From contig CAWBZV010000002.1 in NCBI GenBank assembly GCA_963793305.1, forward strand, positions 704,001 through 768,000: DNA of 64,000 bases, written 5' to 3'. The notes beneath the pieces were generated by a model that did not search any database, was not told the origin of the DNA, and was given only the letters and a program-made list of their open reading frames with translations. Below, one piece after another: positions 10,115 through 20,137 of this stretch (positions are counted from its first letter, which is position 1; each line of letters opens with the position of its first letter). Source of the DNA: an uncultured Gemmatimonadales bacterium (lineage in GTDB: Bacteria; Gemmatimonadota; Gemmatimonadetes; Gemmatimonadales; Gemmatimonadaceae). Position numbers and translations under genes: made by a program.

Positions 10115-10914
10115 AAGAGCGAAACCTGATGGCCTGGCTCCGCCAGGCGGGATCCGTCCTCATCGGCTACTCGGGCGGCGTCGACTCGGCCTATCTCGCA
10201 TGCGTCGCGGTCGAGACACTTGGTCCCGACCGCGTCCTGGCCGTCACTGGTCGTAGTGCGTCGTACCCGGACTCTCAGTGGGCCATGGCCCGCGCAGTCG
10301 CCGAGCAGTTCGGCATTCCCACTCTCGTCATCGACACGGACGAGATCAGTGATCGCCGCTACGCGGCGAATCCCTCGAACCGCTGCTACTTCTGTAAGAC
10401 CGAGCTCTGGGGACGACTGACGCCGATTGCGCGGGAACGCGGAGCGATTGTCATCGACGGGACCAACGCTGACGACCTCGCCGAGCATCGACCGGGCGCC
10501 GCGGCTGGACTGGAGTATGGGGTCGCATCGCCACTGGCGATTGTGGGGCTCACGAAAGACGACATTCGGGAGCGGTCGCACGCGCGGGGCATTCCCACGT
10601 GGAACCAACCGTCAGCCCCGTGCCTGGCGTCGCGGATTCCTCATGGCACCCCAGTGACGGTCGGAAGGCTGCGGGCGGTGGAGCGCGCCGAGCAGGGGCT
10701 GAGAGCGTTGGGAGTCGTGGGGAATCTCCGCGTCAGACACCACGGGGAGACCGCCCGCGTGGAGCTCGACCGCGATCAGTTCGACCGGTGGCTCACGCCG
10801 GCGAATCGCGTGGCGCTCGAAGAGGCCGTCCGACAGGCCGGGTACGCGAGCGTGATCGTCGATCCAGCCGGGTACCGAACCGGCGGAGCGGATGCGCCTC
10901 TTTCTCGCGCTTAA
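10111..10914 (+). CDS. larE: ATP-dependent sacrificial sulfur transferase LarE
   Basis: SGGVDS PP-loop, NPSNRCYFCK, DGTNADD..HRPG, PSAPCLASRIPHG; TTGA overlap. Confidence 0.92.
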   Translation: MKERNLMAWLRQAGSVLIGYSGGVDSAYLACVAVETLGPDRVLAVTGRSASYPDSQWAMARAVAEQFGIPTLVIDTDEISDRRYAANPSNRCYFCKTELWGRLTPIARERGAIVIDGTNADDLAEHRPGAAAGLEYGVASPLAIVGLTKDDIRERSHARGIPTWNQPSAPCLASRIPHGTPVTVGRLRAVERAEQGLRALGVVGNLRVRHHGETARVELDRDQFDRWLTPANRVALEEAVRQAGYASVIVDPAGYRTGGADAPLSRA

Positions 10915-11428
10915 CATCGAGCCCGAAGTGCGACGGCGGTGTTATGCCGCGACGCACGCCTTGAGAGCGGCGGGACCGGATGTGCAATGGGTCGACGAGG
11001 CGAAGCTGCATTTGACGCTCAAATTTCTCGGCGACCAGCCCGAGAGCCTCGTCTCGCCCCTCTCTGCCGCGCTGGACGCGGCTGCCGGGCAATCTCGGGA
11101 GTTGGATCTCGTGTTCGGCGCGATCGGTGCTTTCCCAAACTTTCGGCGACCGCGCGTCGTATGGATCGGCGTGGCGCCCGATCCCAAGCTCGAATTGCTG
11201 CATCACGATGTGGAGGTGGCATGTGAAAGGCTTGGTCTCAGTCTCGACGGCCGGCCGTTTCGACCTCACCTGACGCTTGGTCGCGTCGAGCAGGACGACG
11301 GCCGCGCGTTGCGCGAGGCCGCCCGAGGGCTGCGGGTTCGCGAAGTGTCGAGCGTGAGCTCGGTCGACTTGATGCTGTCGGCTGGCGGGCAGTATCGCGT
11401 GCTGCACCCCGCTCTCCTGAGGCGCTAA
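10892..11428 (+). CDS. thpR: RNA 2',3'-cyclic phosphodiesterase (2H family)
   Basis: MRLFLA; two HxT motifs (HLTLKFLG, PHLTLGR); FPNFRRPRVVW. Confidence 0.93.
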   Translation: MRLFLALNIEPEVRRRCYAATHALRAAGPDVQWVDEAKLHLTLKFLGDQPESLVSPLSAALDAAAGQSRELDLVFGAIGAFPNFRRPRVVWIGVAPDPKLELLHHDVEVACERLGLSLDGRPFRPHLTLGRVEQDDGRALREAARGLRVREVSSVSSVDLMLSAGGQYRVLHPALLRR

Positions 11429-11935
11429 GTGGGCTGCCTCAGGACCATCGGGTGTCTCACGGTCCTCGTGATCGCGGCCGGCGGCGCGTATCTGACTCGG
11501 AGCCTGTGGATGGCACGCACACCGACTGGGCCTTGGGCGCCGCTCACCCCACAGGGTGCCGCAACCACTCGACGCGCAATCGAGAGTATCAGCGCCCCGA
11601 GGGGGCCGGCGTACGTCCAGGTAACGGGTGCCGATTTCGCCTCGTACGCATTGAAGGGCACCGTGCCGCCAAATGCCCAGGCGGCCGTTATTGGTGACCG
11701 CCTGCATATCCGGGAGAGGCGGATCATTGAGCTGGTCGGGACGATCGATGTACCCCGGAGTGGTGTAGGAGAGTTTCGAGCGACCGAGATCAAGGTGGGG
11801 GACGTCATGCTGCCGCGGGTCGTCATCTCCCACATTTTCCACGGAGCCGACAGCGCCACGGTCGGTCTCCCGACCGCGGTCGGCGACATTCGCGTGGCGC
11901 ATGGTTTTATCACCCTGTACAAGAAAATTCCGTGA
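11429..11935 (+). CDS. hypothetical membrane-anchored protein
   Basis: N-terminal hydrophobic segment; abuts both neighbours in the operon. Confidence 0.7.
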   Translation: MGCLRTIGCLTVLVIAAGGAYLTRSLWMARTPTGPWAPLTPQGAATTRRAIESISAPRGPAYVQVTGADFASYALKGTVPPNAQAAVIGDRLHIRERRIIELVGTIDVPRSGVGEFRATEIKVGDVMLPRVVISHIFHGADSATVGLPTAVGDIRVAHGFITLYKKIP

Positions 11936-13299
11936 GCCGGCGTGTTCTGATGATCGACGATGAGGAGGGTATCCGAGCGGCGCTCGGACAGCTCCTCGAG
12001 TATGAAGGCTACGAAGTAAAGGCCGCGTCCAATGCGGCCGCCGGACTAGCCGAGTACGAGAAATGGCGTCCGCATCTCGTATTTCTGGACGTGAAGATGG
12101 CGGGCATGGACGGGCTCGAAGCGCTGAAGCGCATTCGCGAGCTCGATCGCCATGCCATCGTCGTCATGATCAGCGGCCACGCGACGATCCAGACCGCGGT
12201 CCAGGCGACCCAACTCGGCGCCTATGACATCCTCGAGAAGCCGCTGGACACCGACCGCATTCTGGTCACGCTTCGCAACGCTCTGGCGCATCTGGAGCTG
12301 AACGAGGAGAACAGTCGGCTCAAGCAAACGATCGAGTCACGCTTTGAGATCGTCGGGAAGTCCTACGCGATCCGTTCGCTGATCGACAAAATCGAGAAAG
12401 TGGCTGGCACCCCTGCACGCGTGTTGATCAGTGGAGAGAACGGCACGGGCAAAGAGTTGGTGGCCCGGGCTGTCCACCGTCAATCACCTCGGCACGATAA
12501 ACCCTTTATCGAAGTCAACTGCGCTGCGATCCCCCAAGAGTTGATCGAAAGCGAGTTGTTTGGTCATGTCCGGGGGTCATTCACGGGCGCGGTGGCAGAT
12601 AGAGCGGGCAAGTTCGAACAGGCGCACCGCGGCACGCTGTTTCTCGATGAAATCGGCGACATGAGTCTTGCCGCGCAGGCCAAGGTCCTGCGTGTGCTTC
12701 AGGATGGCGTTGTCACACGCATCGGTGGAAGCAAAACGATAGCCGTAGACGTGCGGGTTATTGCGGCAACGAACAAGACGCTGGCGGAGGAGATCACCGG
12801 CGGACGGTTCAGAGAGGACCTGTTCTATCGCCTCAACGTCGTACCGATCTCCGTGCCGCCCCTGAGGGAGCGGCGCGAAGATATTCCGCTACTCATCCAA
12901 CATTTCTTGGGTATGCTCGCGGAGGGCGATGGTGTGACGCCGCGGTCGGTGGCGCCGGAGGCGGTCGAGGCGCTGCAGGCGTTGGAGTGGCCCGGGAACG
13001 TGCGAGAGCTCCGGAACACCATTGAGCGTCTCCTGATCCTCTCGGGCGGTCCCAAGATCCAAGCCGCCGACGTCGAGCGGTTGGTGGGAAGGAGAACCGC
13101 CGAGGATGGAACCGGGATCGGGTCGCTGGCCTCGTGCACGACGTTCGAGGAGTTTAAGCAGGAGGCCGAGCGGGCCTTCTTGCTGGCAAAGCTCAGGGCG
13201 TTCGACTGGAACGTCTCGGAGACGGCGCGGGCACTCGATATGCCGCGCTCGAATTTGTACAAGAAGATCGAACGATATGCGTTAACCCGGGAGGGTTAG
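11932..13299 (+). CDS. sigma-54-dependent response regulator (NtrC/NtrX family)
   Basis: Receiver domain (IDDE, FLDVKM); GENGTGKE; ESELFGH..GSFTGA; LFLDEIG; WPGNVREL; C-terminal HTH. Confidence 0.95.
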   Translation: MSRRVLMIDDEEGIRAALGQLLEYEGYEVKAASNAAAGLAEYEKWRPHLVFLDVKMAGMDGLEALKRIRELDRHAIVVMISGHATIQTAVQATQLGAYDILEKPLDTDRILVTLRNALAHLELNEENSRLKQTIESRFEIVGKSYAIRSLIDKIEKVAGTPARVLISGENGTGKELVARAVHRQSPRHDKPFIEVNCAAIPQELIESELFGHVRGSFTGAVADRAGKFEQAHRGTLFLDEIGDMSLAAQAKVLRVLQDGVVTRIGGSKTIAVDVRVIAATNKTLAEEITGGRFREDLFYRLNVVPISVPPLRERREDIPLLIQHFLGMLAEGDGVTPRSVAPEAVEALQALEWPGNVRELRNTIERLLILSGGPKIQAADVERLVGRRTAEDGTGIGSLASCTTFEEFKQEAERAFLLAKLRAFDWNVSETARALDMPRSNLYKKIERYALTREG

Positions 13300-13775
13300 T
13301 GCCAAAAGACAGCGGGGACCGCGACTGGGACGCCGAGATGGCGAAGATCGATCGTCAGATCGCCTCGACATCCCCTGAAAAGCTGGCGGCCATGGCGGGT
13401 CCGCAACCGGCGGTCGAGCGGAAGGCGCTGCCACCGGGCGCCAAGCCCGCCGGCGGCGCCGTGCACCAGCACAAGCCGATGGCTGCATGGGCCCGGCTGC
13501 TGCTTGGCCTGGCGTTGGGTGTTGGCATGCTGTTCTGGCCTTACCCCGCGCGTTGTGGCCCGTGGCTCGGGCTATACTTGTTAGGCGTCACGGTGTTGAC
13601 GGCGGGTGGTGTCTGGGCCTCGGTCTGGACGTGGCGCCATCGCACCCCTCGCGCACACGTGTTGGCCTTGCTCTTAATCCTCGAGGGACTCGTCCTCGGC
13701 GGTCTACAGATACTGCCCCGCGCCGGGTATGCCAAACCGGACGCGGGACATCCAGCGACTTGGGGTTGTTCATGA
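13299..13775 (+). CDS. hypothetical membrane protein
   Basis: Three hydrophobic segments; overlaps both neighbours. Confidence 0.75.
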   Translation: MPKDSGDRDWDAEMAKIDRQIASTSPEKLAAMAGPQPAVERKALPPGAKPAGGAVHQHKPMAAWARLLLGLALGVGMLFWPYPARCGPWLGLYLLGVTVLTAGGVWASVWTWRHRTPRAHVLALLLILEGLVLGGLQILPRAGYAKPDAGHPATWGCS

Positions 13776-15277
13776 GTAATGTGAAGTCTTTTCAGAATTT
13801 CATTGCCGGCCAGTGGTCGGACGCCAAGGGCGGAGCGACGTTCGATGACGTCAACCCGGCCGATACCCGGGACATTGTCGGACGCTTCCCCAAAAGCTCG
13901 CCGGCCGATGTCGATCGGGCCGTGGCCTCCGCCCAACGCGGCTTCCAGATCTGGTCGCGGACGCCCGCGCCGGCGCGGGGTGACGTGCTCCGCCGGGTCG
14001 GCGACCTCATGGTCGAGCGGAAGGAGCAGATCGCCGATCTCATGACCCGTGAGATGGGCAAGCCGCTGACCGAGACGCGCGGCGACGTGCAAGAGGGCAT
14101 CGATACCGCGTACTACGCCGCGACAATGGGGCGGCAGCTCTTTGGGCGGACGGTACCGAGTGAGCTCAAGGCGAAGTGGGCGATGAGCTATCGGCGGCCC
14201 ATCGGAGTCGTCGGGATCATCACGCCGTTCAATTTTCCGATGGCTATCCCCACCTGGAAAATGTTTCCCGCGTTCTTGTGCGGGAACGCGTGCGTGTTCA
14301 AGCCGGCGGAAGACGTCCCTCACACCGCGACAGTTCTGGTCGAGATCCTGCTCGAAGCCGGGCTCCCAGCCGAGGTCATCCAGCTCGTGCACGGCGAAGG
14401 CGACGTTGGCGCGGCGATCGTGAACCACCCTGGCGTTAGCGCCGTGTCGTTCACCGGTTCGACGGACACGGGTCGCCTCGTCGGCGAGACGTGCGGGCGC
14501 ATGCATAAGCGGCTGTCGCTGGAGATGGGCGGGAAGAATGCTCAAATCGTTTTGGACGATGCCGATCTGGATCTGGCGCTCGAAGGTGTCCTTTGGGGCG
14601 CATTCGGGACAACCGGCCAACGCTGCACAGCTACGTCTCGTCTCGTTCTCCAGCGCGGAATTCACGATCGGTTTCTCACGTCGCTCAGCGATCGTGCCAA
14701 AGCGCTCAAGCTCGGGAACGGACGCAAGGCGGGCACTGACGTCGGGCCGCTCATCCACGCTGCCTCACGCGAGAAGGTCGAGCATTACGTCCAAATTGGC
14801 AGGGACCAGGGTGCCGAGTTGGTCATTGGGGGTGAGAAGGCCAGCGGCGATGGACTCGAGTGTGGCTGGTTCTACAAGCCGACGATTTTTGCGGGTGTGA
14901 AACCGGGTACTCGGCTGGAGCAAGAAGAGATCTTTGGCCCGGTGCTGTCGGTTATTCGCGTGGATACGGCCGACGAGGCTTTTACGGTCAACAACGATGT
15001 GGCCTACGGCCTGTCTTCGTCGTTGTACACGAGGGACGTCAATCTCGCGTTCCGGGCCCTGACCGAGTTGGACAACGGTATCACCTACATCAACGCCCCG
15101 ACGATCGGCGCGGAAGCGCACCTGCCGTTCGGCGGCGTCAAGCAGACGGGGAACGGCCACCGCGAAGGCGGCTGGGAAGTGTATGACTTCTATTCGGAAA
15201 CGAAGGTCGGCTATGTCGACTTTTCAGGCACGCTGCAACGCGCGCAGATCGACACGTATCTGGGTGCGCCAGACTGA
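13772..15277 (+). CDS. NAD(P)-dependent aldehyde dehydrogenase
   Basis: [43 protein letters not shown] at 13772. Confidence 0.95.
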   Translation: MSNVKSFQNFIAGQWSDAKGGATFDDVNPADTRDIVGRFPKSSPADVDRAVASAQRGFQIWSRTPAPARGDVLRRVGDLMVERKEQIADLMTREMGKPLTETRGDVQEGIDTAYYAATMGRQLFGRTVPSELKAKWAMSYRRPIGVVGIITPFNFPMAIPTWKMFPAFLCGNACVFKPAEDVPHTATVLVEILLEAGLPAEVIQLVHGEGDVGAAIVNHPGVSAVSFTGSTDTGRLVGETCGRMHKRLSLEMGGKNAQIVLDDADLDLALEGVLWGAFGTTGQRCTATSRLVLQRGIHDRFLTSLSDRAKALKLGNGRKAGTDVGPLIHAASREKVEHYVQIGRDQGAELVIGGEKASGDGLECGWFYKPTIFAGVKPGTRLEQEEIFGPVLSVIRVDTADEAFTVNNDVAYGLSSSLYTRDVNLAFRALTELDNGITYINAPTIGAEAHLPFGGVKQTGNGHREGGWEVYDFYSETKVGYVDFSGTLQRAQIDTYLGAPD

Positions 15278-15326
15278 CTTGAATTCCGTAGCGGCGTCGG
15301 ATTAATTGAGCCATGATGGAGGCGCA

Positions 15327-16085
15327 GTGAGCGAGCGTGCAATCTCTCAGGAGATGCGCCAAGAGGCGCTGCGCCGGCTCAACCGGAGGGGATTGCCCTG
15401 GCGCCTCGTCTGGGATTGGCTCCGGTCATTTGCTATCGCGGTCGTCCTCTTTCTCTTCGTTCGCGCATTCTTCGTCGAAGCCTTCAAAATTCCGACGGGC
15501 AGCATGGAGCGGACTTTGCTCGTCGGTGACTTCCTCCTCGTCAACAAGCTCGTCTACGGTGCGGAAATTCCGCTGACCGGCAAGCGTCTGCCGGCGTTGG
15601 AGCATCCGGCCCGCGGTGACGTGATCGTGTTTCAGTACCCGAGAGATCCCACGAAAAATTTCGTGAAGCGACTGGTGGGCATTCCGGGCGACACGTTGTC
15701 CATGATCGACGGACTCCTCGTCCGGAATAACGTGCCGGTCAGAGAGTCGTACGTGACCCACACTGATCCTGGCACCAACGTCTCGGAGGAGGAGAATTTT
15801 TCCTGGCAGAGTGGCTATCTGGTGAAGGCAGCGGAAGGTGGTATCACACCACATCCGTGGACGCGAAACAACTGGGGTCCCATAGTCGTCCCCGAGAAGA
15901 AGTATTTCGTGCTGGGCGACAATCGCGACAACTCGTTGGACAGCCGATTTTGGGGGTTCGTGCCCGATTCGCTGATCCGCGGTCGTCCGATTTTCGTCTA
16001 CTACAGCTACCAGCCCGATACGACACGGGCGTTCGCCTGGTTGACGCGCATTCGTTGGCGGCGGATCGGTGAACGGATCGACTGA
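15327..16085 (+). CDS. lepB: signal peptidase I
   Basis: IPTGSMERTL (Ser), FVKRLVG (Lys), GDNRDNSLDSR; GGAGG before GTG at 15327. Confidence 0.95.
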   Translation: MSERAISQEMRQEALRRLNRRGLPWRLVWDWLRSFAIAVVLFLFVRAFFVEAFKIPTGSMERTLLVGDFLLVNKLVYGAEIPLTGKRLPALEHPARGDVIVFQYPRDPTKNFVKRLVGIPGDTLSMIDGLLVRNNVPVRESYVTHTDPGTNVSEEENFSWQSGYLVKAAEGGITPHPWTRNNWGPIVVPEKKYFVLGDNRDNSLDSRFWGFVPDSLIRGRPIFVYYSYQPDTTRAFAWLTRIRWRRIGERID

Positions 16086-16131
16086 GCATTCACGGGGCGA
16101 CCACCCGACGCATCAAGGAGCGGCTGGCGGC

Positions 16132-16989
16132 ATGGCAGCGACGAAGAACAAGAAAACGTCGTACGAAGAGGGGTCGCTCGATCAGTATCTCCGCGATATC
16201 AGCGCGTATCCGCTGATTACGCGAGAGGACGAAGTGCGCCTCGCAAAAGCGATTCGATTGGATGACCAGGAAGCGCTGGACAAGTTAGTGCGGTCCAATT
16301 TGCGCTTCGTCGTCTCGGTCGCGAAGAAATATCAGAACCAGGGCGTTGCCCTCTCTGATCTCATCAACGAAGGCAACCTCGGGCTCATCCGAGCGGCGCA
16401 CAAATTCGATGAGACGAAGGGCATCAAGTTTATTTCTTACGCCGTCTGGTGGATTCGGCAAGCGATTCTCCAAGCGCTCGCCGAGCAGTCGCGTATCGTG
16501 CGCGTGCCATTGAATCGCGCCGGAACGCTCCATCGGATCGGGAAGCGGGCGAGTGCGTTGTTGCAGGAGCTCGGCCGAGAGCCCACGCACGAAGAGATCG
16601 CCGAGGGGATGGACATCACCGAAGAAGAAGTCGCCAAAACGATGTCCATTTCGCAAACGCATCTCTCACTCGATGCGCCGCTCACCCCTGGAGAAGACAA
16701 CCGGCTGCTCGATTATCTGCCGGATACGCTGAATCCGACGCCCGACGAGCAGACGTTCGAAAAAGCCTTAACCGAGTCGATCGAAGAGGCCCTCGCCGGT
16801 CTCAAGGAGCGCGAGTCGAAGATCTTACGTCTGTATTTTGGTTTGGACGGGGAAGAGCCCATGACCCTCGAGCAGATCGGATCGCTGATGGGCATCACCC
16901 GCGAACGGGTGCGACAGATCAAAGAGAAGGCGTTGTCGCGACTGCGCCACGTCAGTCGCGCCCGGGCGTTGGAATCGTATCTCGGGTAG
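16132..16989 (+). CDS. rpoD: RpoD/SigA-family sigma-70 factor lacking region 1.1
   Basis: YLRDI, NLRFVVSVAKKY, DLINEGNLGL, KFISYAVWWIRQ, TRERVRQIKEKAL; only ~285 aa. Confidence 0.9.
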   Translation: MAATKNKKTSYEEGSLDQYLRDISAYPLITREDEVRLAKAIRLDDQEALDKLVRSNLRFVVSVAKKYQNQGVALSDLINEGNLGLIRAAHKFDETKGIKFISYAVWWIRQAILQALAEQSRIVRVPLNRAGTLHRIGKRASALLQELGREPTHEEIAEGMDITEEEVAKTMSISQTHLSLDAPLTPGEDNRLLDYLPDTLNPTPDEQTFEKALTESIEEALAGLKERESKILRLYFGLDGEEPMTLEQIGSLMGITRERVRQIKEKALSRLRHVSRARALESYLG

Positions 16990-16990
16990 C

Positions 16991-17495
16991 GTGGCGCAGA
17001 CCACGAGCTCGTTCGACGTGACGACCGGGGTCGACCTGCAAGAGGTCGACAACGCCGTCAACCAAGCGCAGAAAGAGATCGCCCAGCGGTACGACTTCAA
17101 GGGCTCCAAGGCGTCCATCGATTTTCGACGCGCCGAGGGGCTCTTGCTCCTCGCGGCCGATGGCGACTTCAAAATGAACGCGCTGTTCAATGTGCTCCAG
17201 TCGAAACTGATTCGGCGCGGTGTCCCGGTCAAAAATCTGGATATCGGCGAGATCAAGCCGGCCGGCGGCGATAGCGTGCGGCGCGAGATCAAGCTCAAGA
17301 CCGCGCTCGATAGCGACACCGCCAAGAAGGTGGTCGCGGCGATCAAGGACGCCAAATTGAAAAAAGTCCAGGCGTCGATTCAAGGCGACCAGGTGCGCGT
17401 GTCGTCGTCCTCGAAGGACGAGCTGCAGGAACGTCATCGCGCTCTTGCGCGGACAGGAGTTCGGCGTCGAGCTCAAATTCGGCAACTACCGCTGA
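16991..17495 (+). CDS. yajQ: YajQ family nucleotide/c-di-GMP-binding protein; apparent +1 frameshift at ~17430
   Basis: SFDV..VDLQEVDNAVNQA..EI..RYDFKGS; KVQASIQGDQVRV; deleting one A restores DELQDVIALLR...FGNYR-stop. Confidence 0.92.
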
Positions 17496-17497
17496 CT

Positions 17498-18875
17498 ATG
17501 CGCGTCGGGGTGGTCACGCTCGGCTGCGACAAGAACACCGTCGACAGCGAGCGGTACCTGGCGGAGTTAGTCGCCCATGGCGCCGAGCCCGTTTCGGATC
17601 TCTCGGCCGCCGAGATCATCGTCGTCAACACCTGCGGCTTCATCGATGCGGCCAAGAAAGAGTCGATCGATGAAATAGTGTCCGCCGCACAATGGAAATC
17701 CCGAGGCTCTTGCCGCGCAGTCGTCGCGGTTGGTTGCATGGTGCAGCGCCACAAGGCCGAGCTGGAAGCAGCCCTCCCGGAGGTCGATCTCTTTTTGGGC
17801 GCTGGCGAAGCCGAGCGCCTTGTGCCCGAGATGGTGGCTCGCGGGTGGCTGGATGGCGAAGCGTATGACCATCCAGGCACGCGCGTATTCGTCGGCGAGC
17901 TCCCGCATGTTCGCTATCTCAAGATCAGCGAGGGCTGCGACCACGGCTGCGCGTTCTGCGCAATCCCGCTCATGCGCGGCAATCACCGGTCGTTTGCGCT
18001 CGAAGACGTGGTCCGGGAAGCGCAGCTGCTGGAGCTGCAAGGCGCGCGCGAGATCAACCTGGTCGCGCAGGACCTGGCTCATTACGGGCGCGATCGACGC
18101 GATGGCGTAGGACTGGCCGAGGTCTTGGACGCACTCGTGGCCGAGACGGGCGTGCCGTGGATCCGAATGCTCTATCTCTACTCGGCCGGCCTGACCCCCG
18201 CCGTGCTCGACCGCCTGGCGCGCTATGATCGCGTCGTGCCGTATCTCGATATGCCCATCCAGCACGGATCGGACGCCGTGCTCGCGCGCATGCGCCGCCC
18301 TGAGCGCGCGGCGACGATTCGCCGCACGGTCGAGCGCGTGCGCGAGGCGGTGCCCGACATCGCGATTCGGACGACCTGCATCGTCGGGTTCCCCGGCGAG
18401 ACGGACGACGACTATCAGCGGCTGCTGGATCTCCTGCAGAGACGTCCAGTTCGACCGCGTCGGCGCGTTCACGTACTCGGCCCAGGAAGGGACTCGCGCG
18501 GCGGAGTTGGCCGACAATGTACCGGAGGCGGTCAAGCACGAGCGGCTGGAGCGACTGACCGAGCTGCAGCGAGGGATCACCGGCGAGCGCTACTCGCGCT
18601 ATGTCGGGACTACTGTCCCAGCTATCGTCGATCGCGTGACGGACAATGGGCTCGAGGCCCGCTTGCAGTGCCAAGCCAATGACATTGACGGCACAACGAT
18701 CATATCTGGCTCTGCTCCCCCTGGCACAATCGTCTCGGTCCGCGTTGACGAAGTCGTTGATGATTATTCTTTCCGCGCCACCCTGCGGGGCGTGGTCAGC
18801 GCGGTGCCGGCGAAAGTGGCAGGAGTGAGGAGATCGCTGCCGGTCGCCGCGAGCATTGGCAGCTGGGGCCGATGA
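17498..18875 (+). CDS. rimO: ribosomal protein S12 methylthiotransferase; apparent +1 frameshift at ~18440
   Basis: LGCDKNTVDSE, NTCGFIDAAK.ESI, YLKISEGCDHGCAFCAIP, IVGFPGET; the second frame continues FDRVGAFTYS...TRAM-like end. Confidence 0.93.
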
Positions 18876-20137
18876 GCTCGACCGAGGTCATGAAACGTGC
18901 ACGCGCGATCTTCCCCGGCGGGGTCAACTCGCCCGTTCGCGCGTTTCGTGGCGTCGGCGGCGAGCCGTTCGTGGTCGCCCGCGGAGAAGGCCCGCGGATC
19001 TGGGATGTCGACGGCCGATCGTACATCGACTACGTCCTCTCCTGGGGCCCGCTCGTACTCGGCCACGCACCACCGGTCGTACTCGATGCTTTGGCCGAGA
19101 CAATGGCGAAGGGCACGAGCTTCGGGATTCCGACGGAGCTGGAGGTACAGCTCGCGGAGGTGATCCGGGAGCGCATGCCCCACCTGGAGATGCTCCGGTT
19201 CGTGTCCAGCGGGACCGAGGCGACTATGTCCGCGATCCGGTTGGCGCGGGCGGCGACCGGGCGTGAGCGTATCCTCAAGTTCGACGGATGCTATCACGGG
19301 CACGCGGACTCGTTCTTGGTCAACGCGGGCTCCGGCGTGGCGACGCTCGGGCTGCCGAACAGCCCCGGCGTTCCCCGCCAGCTGGCGGCGCTCACGCTCA
19401 CCGCTCCGTTCAACGATCTCGCCGCGGTCGACGCGCTCGCCGACGAGTCTCTGGCCGCGATCATCGTCGAGCCGATCGTCGGGAACTCCGGGTACATCGA
19501 GCCGTTGGCTGACTTCCTCCCCGGCCTCCGCCGCGTTGCCGATCGGGTCGGCGCCCTGTTGATATTCGACGAGGTCATGACTGGCTTTCGCATCGCGCCC
19601 GGCGGCGCGCGCGAGCGATTCGGCGTGACCGCCGATCTGACGACATTGGGGAAGGTGATCGGCGGCGGACTCCCGGTCGCGGCGTTCGGCGGCCGGCGCA
19701 ATGTCATGGAGCTCGTCGCGCCGGCTGGGCCCATGTATCAGGCCGGCACACTATCAGGTAACCCCCTCGCTATGGCCGCCGGACTGGCCACGCTGCGCGC
19801 ACTGACGCCCGCGCTACACGACCGCATCGCACGCCGCACGACGACGCTGGTCGACGGGCTGCGCGCCGCCGCGAAGCGGCATGGCGTGCCATTGTCGGCC
19901 GGCGCCGCCGGGACAATGTTCGGCTTCTTCTTCCGGGCCGAGCCGCCGCAGTCGTTTCAACAAGCGCGTACCAGCGATAACGAACGCTTCAAGAAAGTCT
20001 TCCATTACGCTCGCGAGCATGGCGTGTATTTCGCGCCTTCCCCATTCGAGGCGGCGTTCCTGTCGGCGGCGCACGGCGATGACGAAATCGCCGAGACGCT
20101 CGCCGTGTTCGACGCCGCACTGGGCGCGCTGGGATAA
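18872..20137 (+). CDS. hemL: glutamate-1-semialdehyde 2,1-aminomutase
   Basis: PGGVNSPVRAF, SSGTEATMSAIR, YHGHAD, FDEVMTGFR, GKVIGGGLP, QAGTLSGNP. Confidence 0.97.
   Translation: MSSTEVMKRARAIFPGGVNSPVRAFRGVGGEPFVVARGEGPRIWDVDGRSYIDYVLSWGPLVLGHAPPVVLDALAETMAKGTSFGIPTELEVQLAEVIRERMPHLEMLRFVSSGTEATMSAIRLARAATGRERILKFDGCYHGHADSFLVNAGSGVATLGLPNSPGVPRQLAALTLTAPFNDLAAVDALADESLAAIIVEPIVGNSGYIEPLADFLPGLRRVADRVGALLIFDEVMTGFRIAPGGARERFGVTADLTTLGKVIGGGLPVAAFGGRRNVMELVAPAGPMYQAGTLSGNPLAMAAGLATLRALTPALHDRIARRTTTLVDGLRAAAKRHGVPLSAGAAGTMFGFFFRAEPPQSFQQARTSDNERFKKVFHYAREHGVYFAPSPFEAAFLSAAHGDDEIAETLAVFDAALGALG

Noticed and set aside
12568..12600. GSFTGA instead of GAFTGA in the sigma-54 activator
   Set aside because: A common natural variant; not evidence of novelty
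16991..18682. Apparent YajQ-RimO fusion ORF (563 aa)
   Set aside because: One extra A at 17430-17431 bypasses the normal yajQ end (FGNYR-TGA at 17495); rimO has its own ATG at 17498
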